DNA from: a virus
Taxonomy: Duplodnaviria > Caudoviricetes
DNA length: 64,000 bases
Virus record (IMG/VR): IMGVR_UViG_3300021952_000001
Location: 32,001 to 96,000 of that record
Direction: 5' to 3' (one strand)
The translations under genes were made by a program, and so were the position numbers. Below, piece by piece: positions 1-7,084 of the stretch. The notes beneath the pieces are model-generated. The model had not been told where the DNA came from, made no database searches, and saw only the letters and a list, made by a program, of their open reading frames with translations. The number at the start of each line of letters is the position of its first letter. Within the stretch, counting starts at the first letter, position 1.

Positions 1-406
1 TTCTTTCACGTTGATCTATCCATTCCAACACTTCTAATACTGATGGAATTCTATCATTAAACATAGCATGTCTTGAATCTAATAATATCTGAACCATTTC
101 ATCTTTATGGATGTATTGAGTCATATCAATTGGTTCAGGTCTTACTTCTTCAGAAATTGCATCTGCTCCATAAATATATCCATTAGGAGTTGGTGGTGTA
201 GAGTTGAACATAAACATACTTTGTGATATAGATAATTTTAGTTTACGTCTTATTTCATCTTGTTCCATTCGCACAGCTAACTCATCAGTTCTATCTGCTA
301 GCTCTTCTTCTTCTTCTTCTTGAGCTTGTGCTTTTTTCTTTGATTCATGTACTGGCTTAATCCACTTACTAAAGAATCCTAAGTATTCTGGTTTATCGTC
401 TTCCAT
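1..406 (-). CDS. hypothetical protein, truncated by the window edge (MEDDKPEYLGFFSKWIKP...)
   Basis: Manual translation: ATG at 406 overlaps the 3' end of the phosphoesterase gene and the frame stays open to position 1. Confidence 0.7.
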   Translation of the reverse strand, partial: MEDDKPEYLGFFSKWIKPVHESKKKAQAQEEEEEELADRTDELAVRMEQDEIRRKLKLSISQSMFMFNSTPPTPNGYIYGADAISEEVRPEPIDMTQYIHKDEMVQILLDSRHAMFNDRIPSVLEVLEWIDQRER

Positions 407-1127
407 TTTCTTCTGGGTATAATAAGGTTGCGAAATCACTTTGCCAATATTCTTTACTATCTATGTTCATGATGGTAAGTTTACCAGTCCAACCAGCTCC
501 ACTATCAAGATTCCATAGATTACCATATTGATGAGGTCCTGTGTTATCAGCAGTGTGTCCAACATAGATTTCATGAAACTGTTCAAGAGGTTTAAACTTA
601 CCAGCAGGATTATTCTTCTTACCAAATGCTGATCTAGCACCAAGTATAAGGCTTCTATCCCAATGACATTCTCTTGCTGTTGTACCAGCATTCACTCTTA
701 AACCAGCTTGTTTCTCCCATGGTCCTTCATAATGATAATCCCAACCAGCATGTATAAACAATCTATTCTGATCATCTATATACCAATCTTGTTGGTCTTT
801 CCAGAAGTCTTTATGATGTTGATCTACTAACAATCCTGTTCTTACATAGGAAGCCATAGTTGCTTTACCACCTTGTTCTGTCCATAATATAGGTGTTTGG
901 CCCATTTGGAACCAATCATTAACCCATACATCATGATTACCTCTAATACTAATTAGATTCTTGATGGATAATAGTTCTTCTACACATTCTGCAGTTTCAC
1001 TCCATCCATCTGCTACATCACCTAATTGTATAAGTGTGTCTTTCTGTTTGTCAAATCCACTTCTCTCAAAGCATTGTAACATTGCTCTATGATTACCATG
1101 GATATCTCCCATTACAAATGTTTTCAT
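393..1127 (-). CDS. calcineurin-like metallophosphoesterase (lambda NinI/PPP Ser/Thr phosphatase-like)
   Basis: Motifs GDIHG, GDVADG, RGNHD, HAG and GHT appear in canonical order. Confidence 0.9.
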   Translation of the reverse strand: MKTFVMGDIHGNHRAMLQCFERSGFDKQKDTLIQLGDVADGWSETAECVEELLSIKNLISIRGNHDVWVNDWFQMGQTPILWTEQGGKATMASYVRTGLLVDQHHKDFWKDQQDWYIDDQNRLFIHAGWDYHYEGPWEKQAGLRVNAGTTARECHWDRSLILGARSAFGKKNNPAGKFKPLEQFHEIYVGHTADNTGPHQYGNLWNLDSGAGWTGKLTIMNIDSKEYWQSDFATLLYPEENGRR

Positions 1128-1130
1128 ATC

Positions 1131-1343
1131 TTATTTGTTTTTTAGTAATATTGCTAAATGTCGTGATAACTTATTTACATCTGTAAATGTTTTTCCTGTT
1201 TTTATACACTTGAATGATGGGATACGTTTTTTACTTGCTGTACAATAACCTAATGTTGTTGTAACTAATTTTCCTAAATCATATTGCTCACCATTATGAT
1301 CAAGCATCATGTTTTGTGTTATTTTTCGTTTAATGACTGACAT
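1131..1343 (-). CDS. hypothetical protein with a degenerate C2H2-finger-like C-terminus
   Basis: 70-aa ORF packed against its neighbour; contains FKCIKTGKTF-x5-LSRHL. Confidence 0.6.
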   Translation of the reverse strand: MSVIKRKITQNMMLDHNGEQYDLGKLVTTTLGYCTASKKRIPSFKCIKTGKTFTDVNKLSRHLAILLKNK

Positions 1344-1365
1344 AATAATAATTTATTTATTGATT

Positions 1366-1395
1366 AAAAGAATAAGGGCTCCTGTTACAGAGCCC
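1366..1395 (-). terminator. probable intrinsic terminator
   Basis: Minus strand reads GGGCTCTGTAACAGGAGCCC followed by TTATTCTTTT. Confidence 0.55.
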
Positions 1396-1408
1396 ATCAT
1401 TCCCCTCC

Positions 1409-1555
1409 TTAATAACCCAACTTCTCAAGTTGATTTATATTGGCCTCTACAATATACACACCATGTGCTATTGTACATACAAATGCAACACTCATTGCAA
1501 ATGCTAATTGTCTGAACTGATAAAACTCAGTTGGTTTCATTTTAATTGTTTTCAT
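1409..1555 (-). CDS. small hypothetical protein, 48 aa (MKTIKMKPTEFYQFRQLAF...LEKLGY)
   Basis: Manual translation (below the ORF-track cutoff); preceded by the AATCCTTAATAAC leader motif and an A-rich start context. Confidence 0.65.
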   Translation of the reverse strand: MKTIKMKPTEFYQFRQLAFAMSVAFVCTIAHGVYIVEANINQLEKLGY

Positions 1556-1587
1556 GTTTTTATAGTTATTAAGGATTAATATAAAAT

Positions 1588-1615
1588 AAAAAAGGCTACC
1601 ATTTCTGATAGCCTT
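1588..1615 (-). terminator. intrinsic terminator closing the ncRNA cluster
   Basis: Minus strand AAGGCTATCA-GAAA-TGGTAGCCTT followed by a T tract. Confidence 0.75.
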
Positions 1616-1748
1616 GTTGTTGAGATTGGACTCTACTTCCTCCGTAAGTACTCAACTCCTTCTCTGTGTGGATAGGACTTAACATTCATGAGAAGCCAAA
1701 TTTCTCCAATGTCTGTTGCTGTACATATTTGACATCAAGCAACTGCTG

Positions 1749-1934
1749 TGATTGAGACAGGATTCGAACCTGTATTGTTGTACACCATCTTATGTATTGT
1801 TTAGGTGTTATGTACACCATCTATGCGGTAACTTTGCCAAGACTCTGACCATAGCAATTTTTTTATATCACAAATACATAAAGCGTCTACCATGAAAGGA
1901 CCTTTAATATTCCTAACTATTCCGCCACTCAATC
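1749..1934 (-). ncRNA. expanded tRNA-Leu-like element (186 nt) with insertions in the D loop and anticodon arm
   Basis: Perfect 7-bp acceptor stem GATTGAG/CTCAATC plus discriminator A; TGGCGGAAT...GGTAGACGC D-arm signature of tRNA-Leu; T arm ACAGG-TTCGAAT-CCTGT; extended anticodon stem TTATGTATT/AATACATAA enclosing ~70 nt with no clear 7-nt anticodon loop. Confidence 0.7.
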
Positions 1935-2088
1935 ATTTAATAGTCTTTCCTATTAGTCACCTATGTTATTATTCGCTATTTAATAAATGTACACGTAATG
2001 TAACAGAATTGCAGATTAGCACTTCATAATAACGGCCAACATTACAAGGTTTGTAAGGAATCAATGTATCTACAATTCCAAGTTCTAG

Positions 2089-2411
2089 TGGAGGCGGTGG
2101 GAATCGAACCCACGTCCAAACTACTTTCATTAATACAATTTATACAGCTTATTTAGGGTCAAGCTAGGCTTAACGATCCACCACTCTGTTTAATCTAACA
2201 GAGAAATCCTTATTCAATTTAGGCTGCTACAGCAACTTCTTCTCCCAATAGAGAGAATACTTTGTTCATGTTAGCTTCGATTTGTGCGTTTGCTCCTAGA
2301 GCTACTACACGAGTTGTTTTGTTGCCAATTAATTAAATTCACCTTAGTTTACAGTTATCTCTCTGGCTGATTGTATTAATTAGTGGTAACCTGTCAAAAC
2401 CAGTCGCCCCC
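2089..2411 (-). ncRNA. ssrA: tmRNA
   Basis: 5' end GGGGGCGACTGGTTTTGACAGG; 3' end GGACGTGGGTTCGATTCCCACCGCCTCCA; G3-U70 alanine determinant; internal tag frame 2326-2219 ending ...VAVAA-stop; CCA not encoded. Confidence 0.93.
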
Positions 2412-2416
2412 AATAT

Positions 2417-2915
2417 TCCTCATGTGAGGACACTTATCATTACTTTTTTAAATCTAGCACCCTCTTTCTTATATGACTGTTTCTTTATATTTACGCCCAT
2501 ATAAGAGTAGGGTCAAGCTGAGAACTCATTTGTGTTGTGTGGGAGTTGGAAACCCATTGCCACATTTCTCCAATTCCTTTCTCAAGGGAACAACACATCT
2601 ACCATTACTGATAGTATCTTTATGTAAAACTTATATGAACACCTCTACCCTTACTTGGTTTCACGATTATCGTTCTTTAGTTATTACAAAGGTATTCAAT
2701 GTTTAACCTATAGCTTCTAACAGATTATCAGTTCTGACACTTTACACAGCTTAGCTATTTTATTATAAAACCACACATCCATCAAGATTGGGATAAATCA
2801 TTAAAGTAGAGCTAACGCAAAAAGTCAGGTGTACGCTTTAACTATTATCATACTCAACAAACATAACACCTCTTGATAGTGTTATAAGTGAGAGTTTTCA
2901 TAATTTGCACTCACA
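2417..2915 (-). ncRNA. large structured non-coding RNA candidate (possibly GOLLD-like)
   Basis: ~500 nt with no credible ORF and dense stems: GTGAG/CTCAC, ATAACAC/GTGTTAT, TGTGTTG/CAACACA multiloop, TTGAGAA/TTCTCAG pseudoknot, TCTTATATG/CATATAAGA. Lies directly upstream of the tmRNA. Confidence 0.55.
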
Positions 2916-2956
2916 AATATTTTTAACTTACTTGTTTGTCTTTCTATGTGTGGTTT

Positions 2957-3076
2957 TTAATCATTATCATTAGCTTTCTTACATTCCTTACTACAAAATT
3001 CTTTGTTTGTAGGCTCTCCACAAAAAGCACATTCTCTTTCGAACTCTTCTGGTGGTTCATTATATGTATCTATCAT
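2957..3076 (-). CDS. 39-aa Zn-finger-like protein (CAFC...FCSKEC)
   Basis: Manual translation MIDTYNEPPEEFERECAFCGEPTNKEFCSKECKKANDND; coupled by ATGA overlap to the upstream 26-aa ORF. Confidence 0.65.
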   Translation of the reverse strand: MIDTYNEPPEEFERECAFCGEPTNKEFCSKECKKANDND

Positions 3077-3153
3077 GGGTTTGTTACCTTTGTTATCATT
3101 AATAATAAAAAGAACGTAAATAGTAATACAACACCTGCTGTTTTCTTCTTCAT
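3073..3153 (-). CDS. 26-aa hydrophobic peptide (MKKKTAGVVLLFTFFLLLMITKVTNP)
   Basis: Manual translation; first ORF after the 3176-3206 promoter; its stop overlaps the next start (ATGA). Confidence 0.45.
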   Translation of the reverse strand: MKKKTAGVVLLFTFFLLLMITKVTNP

Positions 3154-3175
3154 AAGCTTTAGTTTAATAGCCCTG

Positions 3176-3206
3176 CAAATATACATTACAGGGCTTAATT
3201 AACAAA
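3176..3206 (-). promoter_or_regulatory. Bacteroidota sigma-A-type promoter
   Basis: Minus strand TTTG-N19-TATATTTG matches the -33/-7 consensus TTTG...TAnnTTTG; the -7 box sits inside the inverted repeat AGCCCTG/CAGGGCT. Confidence 0.75.
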
Positions 3207-3210
3207 ATTA

Positions 3211-4581
3211 TTAAGAGATGATTTGTTCTCCTTGTTTAGAATATGCTGTAACAACATCATTTTCTTCCACCTTCACTTGCTTACCATCTGTTGCAACACA
3301 AAGATTTTTTAATTGATCGCTAAATTGCATTAATGATATAGCATTCACTTTATAAGGGAACTTCTCTGAATGCACTCTATCTTGACCATCATTGATGATT
3401 AAGATTTCTGGTTTCTCTTCTGACAAATCAATATCAAGATTGTGTAACTTATGATGATTAACAACTTGATCAGCTACATAGTTTACAATGTCACCAATTG
3501 CTGTTGTACCACCATCAGGTTCATTAGAGAACATTTGCCAGAATTGAATAACTTCCTCTCTATTAGTAACATGATGAAATTGAAGTTCTCCTGTGTGTTC
3601 AACAAAATAACTAAAGAACACTTCAGCTTCTCCTTTCATAACATATCTGAATCTATCTATAAGAATAGCATTAACCCAGATTTGTTTCTCATCATAATCC
3701 ATAGATCCAGAGTAATCCAAAAGAATAATAATCTTCTGCTTTTGTTCTTTTCTATCAACAGGAACATTAACTGTTAAGTCTTTAGTTAAGAACTTACTTC
3801 TAAAGTTAGGAAACATCTTTTGATATAGATCAATCATGTGAAACTGTGAATAGTCTCTCATAATCTTCTTAGCATACTGATCAGAGTTTGCTACAATCTT
3901 CTCCTCAACTTCTTTCTCCACTTTAAACTGAGTACCAAGATCACCAATGATAGAAATCTTATTCATGATCTCCATCTTTCTCTCTTTACTTAACTCATTA
4001 TAGTTTAGTTGTTCGTTGATTGTTGGATCAGAATATAATTCTCTATCAAATCCTAATGTCTTCTGCATATCTAGTTCATCTGACTTCTCACCTCCATCTC
4101 TTTCAGCATTACTACTTTGTAATTGAAGAAATATAGCAATTGCTTGCTCTAATGGTGTAAATCCTGGAATAAATTGATCATAAATGCTATCATATAGTTC
4201 TTTCTTTTGACTATATTGTCCTTTCAATTCATCATCTATATTTTCCCAGTCTGCAAGATCTTCTCTTAGATAGTCTTTCTCATCTAACATTTTGAAATAA
4301 CACACACGTGCTAACTCTTTGATAGTATCAATAGCCTCATCTTTCCAAACACTTGCTTTTCTTTTGATCTCAACCTTTGTTGGTGTAATATAAGACACAG
4401 GGTCTTTCACCATCAAATCAGCATCATCATCTTCAAATGCTGTTGCAAATGAAAAACCTGACCAACTAGTTCTAGACCAACTAGTTCTGCCTTTACTTTT
4501 GTAGCCACCACCATATGTGTAGCTATATGGATTATGGGCCTTTGAAGACCCATATCCATAATCAAATTCATCTTCCCACAT
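3211..4581 (-). CDS. von Willebrand factor A (VWA) domain protein, ViaA/CoxE-like partner of the AAA+ ATPase
   Basis: MIDAS motif LLDYSGSM, GGT, INDGQD; immediately downstream of a MoxR-type ATPase. Confidence 0.85.
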   Translation of the reverse strand: MWEDEFDYGYGSSKAHNPYSYTYGGGYKSKGRTSWSRTSWSGFSFATAFEDDDADLMVKDPVSYITPTKVEIKRKASVWKDEAIDTIKELARVCYFKMLDEKDYLREDLADWENIDDELKGQYSQKKELYDSIYDQFIPGFTPLEQAIAIFLQLQSSNAERDGGEKSDELDMQKTLGFDRELYSDPTINEQLNYNELSKERKMEIMNKISIIGDLGTQFKVEKEVEEKIVANSDQYAKKIMRDYSQFHMIDLYQKMFPNFRSKFLTKDLTVNVPVDRKEQKQKIIILLDYSGSMDYDEKQIWVNAILIDRFRYVMKGEAEVFFSYFVEHTGELQFHHVTNREEVIQFWQMFSNEPDGGTTAIGDIVNYVADQVVNHHKLHNLDIDLSEEKPEILIINDGQDRVHSEKFPYKVNAISLMQFSDQLKNLCVATDGKQVKVEENDVVTAYSKQGEQIIS

Positions 4582-4583
4582 AA

Positions 4584-5603
4584 TTATAGTTCTACTACTA
4601 TTTGTGCTACTTGTTGTTTCTTATCAAAAGCTTTCACTTTCTCACCAACAGCTTTAGTCAATGATGCAAGCATGTGTGCAATATCATCATTAACAGTTAA
4701 TTTCTTAACAGCTGCTAATTTGTTTTGAAGCTCTGTAAGATCTTTCTTGAACTGTTTTGTAGCATCACTAGTTGACATACTATTAGCTTCCAATAGATCA
4801 ATCAATTCAGAAATCTCTGCAGACATCTCTCTAAACTTGATGGTTGATTCAAATTTCTTGATAGCATCAGCAATTAATGATGGTTTCTTAGCAAACTCAG
4901 CAATAAATGTTAATGAATCTGGTCCACATTGCTCAAACACTTGGTAAGCTGTTACAGCTACACGAGGTGAAATAACAATACCATTCTTAGCATACTCTTG
5001 TAACAAGAATGGAATGATTGGATCAATGTTACCTTCACCAAACTTAGTTTCTAACAACTTGTTGTAAGCAATCTCTGTATAATTATCCCATACAACATTA
5101 AGTTCAAGAGGAAAACGCTCCATTAATGCTTTCAATGACATATTCTTAGAGAATTCCTCACGAGTTCTATTTGTACAACATACAATGAACTTAGTTTTGA
5201 TAGGAAACTTCTGTGTACCATTTCTGAATACACCACTTGAGATGATATCTTTCAATTGCTCCAAGATAAAATCTGGTGCATCAAACATCTCCTCGAAGAT
5301 AACATACTCATGGTTCATGAAACTATTCTCAACCAAGTATTCAATCTTACCTGATGCTTCAAATGTTGGTATGTTAAGACCACCAAACAATCTGTCTGTT
5401 GTCATACCTGTACCCATAGTGATGATATATGGATCAATTCCCTTCTCTTTCAAGAAATCTAATGTGATTTCTGATTTACCATGTCCACCTGGACCATATA
5501 ACACTACATTCTTGTTTGTAGCCATACCTACATTAAGGATAGACATAGTCTTATCCATAAATACAAATTTCTCTCCGATTGTTGTTGTTCTTTCTGTGTT
5601 CAT
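4584..5603 (-). CDS. MoxR/RavA-family AAA+ ATPase
   Basis: Walker A GPGGHGKS, Walker B VIFEEM, sensor CCTN, arginine finger ALMERF, DRLFG motif. Confidence 0.88.
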   Translation of the reverse strand: MNTERTTTIGEKFVFMDKTMSILNVGMATNKNVVLYGPGGHGKSEITLDFLKEKGIDPYIITMGTGMTTDRLFGGLNIPTFEASGKIEYLVENSFMNHEYVIFEEMFDAPDFILEQLKDIISSGVFRNGTQKFPIKTKFIVCCTNRTREEFSKNMSLKALMERFPLELNVVWDNYTEIAYNKLLETKFGEGNIDPIIPFLLQEYAKNGIVISPRVAVTAYQVFEQCGPDSLTFIAEFAKKPSLIADAIKKFESTIKFREMSAEISELIDLLEANSMSTSDATKQFKKDLTELQNKLAAVKKLTVNDDIAHMLASLTKAVGEKVKAFDKKQQVAQIVVEL

Positions 5604-5607
5604 TTTT

Positions 5608-5901
5608 CTAGTTATTAAGGATTTTATTAAATAATTGTTTTAATTCGTTGTTAATTTCTTCTTCGCTTTTTTCTCTTTCTATAGGTTCTACTGGTTCAAT
5701 ATCAATAGGTTTATATGTATTATTGTCATATTGGCTCCAAGTTACTTCATATACATAAGAATCGTCATATGTGTATTTAGAACTTAAATGACATGTTACT
5801 TCACCAATAATTTTTTTACCACCACTTACACCTTGTTCATAATATTCTGAATCATCTCTGATATAAACTTTAGTTCCTATAGGTAATAGTTTCTTTTCCA
5901 T
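5608..5901 (-). CDS. hypothetical protein (SH3/KOW-like small beta domain)
   Basis: 97-aa ORF with IGTKVYI...YEVTW pattern, in a tightly packed operon. Confidence 0.6.
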   Translation of the reverse strand: MEKKLLPIGTKVYIRDDSEYYEQGVSGGKKIIGEVTCHLSSKYTYDDSYVYEVTWSQYDNNTYKPIDIEPVEPIEREKSEEEINNELKQLFNKILNN

Positions 5902-5903
5902 GT

Positions 5904-6107
5904 CTATACATAATCAATTAGACCAAATGTTGCATTCTTTGATATACCATGTACAATGATGTTGTACACAAGTAGTGAAAATGCTAGTATTGCTACTAGC
6001 ATTATAATCACTACAAGCACCTTAATAAACATAGTAAATGCTCTGTTTATCTCTTCATCATGCTGGTCTATATCAAGAAACTTAAATAGTTCTTGTATTA
6101 GTTTCAT
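5904..6107 (-). CDS. small membrane protein
   Basis: One hydrophobic segment; overlaps the upstream stop codon. Confidence 0.65.
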   Translation of the reverse strand: MKLIQELFKFLDIDQHDEEINRAFTMFIKVLVVIIMLVAILAFSLLVYNIIVHGISKNATFGLIDYV

Positions 6108-6367
6108 TATTCCTCGCTTTCAATGTGTTTCATAAAGCCATCAAATTGTCCCTTGATGTAAAATCCTGCTAATAATGCAATTTGTTCATCTGAACAAATA
6201 GCTACCATATCTTCAACAATTGTACTAATTGATAAAGTTTCTTTTTCAGCTAGTGTACTAGTGATCAACACTATCTTCTTAGTCAACTTTTCTGAAAAGT
6301 CTTGTTCTAAACCTAGAGCTTCATCTAAGTTTTTACTGTCATGATTGTAATTGAAATCTGGATTCAT
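6107..6367 (-). CDS. hypothetical protein, paralogue of 6564-7061
   Basis: Shares an N-terminal [FY]xH-x6-EALG pattern with the paralogue; leader motif upstream. Confidence 0.7.
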   Translation of the reverse strand: MNPDFNYNHDSKNLDEALGLEQDFSEKLTKKIVLITSTLAEKETLSISTIVEDMVAICSDEQIALLAGFYIKGQFDGFMKHIESEE

Positions 6368-6384
6368 AATTTTTGTATTAAGGA

Positions 6385-6561
6385 TTATTGTTCATACGAT
6401 GTTCTTACCTCACCCACTTGTTGAGATAACACTTTATAATTTAAAGCTGAATATATCACTTTGACTATCAGCCTCTTAGAGATAATACTCTTGTGAACAT
6501 TAGTAGATGCTACTAATGTCCCTTTGAGTATTCTCCTTCTAGGTTTAGATATAGTCTTCAT
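6385..6561 (-). CDS. 58-aa basic hypothetical protein (MKTISKPRRRILKG...)
   Basis: Manual translation; fills the gap between neighbouring genes exactly. Confidence 0.5.
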   Translation of the reverse strand: MKTISKPRRRILKGTLVASTNVHKSIISKRLIVKVIYSALNYKVLSQQVGEVRTSYEQ

Positions 6562-6563
6562 AA

Positions 6564-7061
6564 TTAATCTTCTTGGTCACTAAGTCTATCTTTCATCTCT
6601 TGCAAGATGCGTTTCTTTAACTCAGATTTAATTTCATCTGGAAGATCATATTTGTCTAAAGATCCATCTATATCTGTTGGATCAATGGCAATTGATTTGA
6701 TAGATGATGATGAAAATGGTGAGGCAGATTTACTTTTCTTTACAGCTTCATGCATTGCTTCTGTAAATTCATCACTATCTCTTTCAAGACCTCTTTCATC
6801 TACCATCTTTTGAAAATCACCGTATACATCTAATGCATCTTTAGTTTTCATTTCAAGACCTTCTGTTGCTAAATATAACAACTCTCTGTAACTCAATGTG
6901 TTAGCTAATAGTTCAGCCATTTCACTTTTAGTTGGTTCTTTCTTAAGTAAATATGTTGACATATCTGCTAATGATTTAACTAATAATTGGTGATCATCGT
7001 TATCCATTCCTAATGCTTCATGGAAATGATTTTTACTGTGATCAAATTTGATTGTACTCAT
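6564..7061 (-). CDS. hypothetical protein, paralogue of 6107-6367
   Basis: 165-aa ORF; leader motif directly abuts the ATG. Confidence 0.75.
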   Translation of the reverse strand: MSTIKFDHSKNHFHEALGMDNDDHQLLVKSLADMSTYLLKKEPTKSEMAELLANTLSYRELLYLATEGLEMKTKDALDVYGDFQKMVDERGLERDSDEFTEAMHEAVKKSKSASPFSSSSIKSIAIDPTDIDGSLDKYDLPDEIKSELKKRILQEMKDRLSDQED

Positions 7062-7084
7062 GTTATTAAGGATTTAATTGGTTA

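Noticed and set aside
1779-1822. Mini-CRISPR array suggested by the TGTACACCATCT direct repeat
   Set aside because: Only two 12-bp copies 32 bp apart, inside the tRNA-like element, with no cas genes.
1790-1885. Group I intron in the tRNA-Leu anticodon
   Set aside because: The insert is under 100 nt and has no recognisable P7/catalytic core.
1617-2085. Theta/HDV-like or hammerhead ribozyme trailing the tRNA-like RNAs
   Set aside because: A GCGAA-plus-stem segment resembles J4/2-P2, but I could not place P1/P3/L3 (YCCUCG) or a CUGAUGA core; kept only as unclassified structure.
2473-3202. Plus-strand ORFs 2473-2706 and 2936-3202
   Set aside because: They are antisense to the structured RNA and to better-supported minus-strand micro-ORFs, and have no protein-like features.
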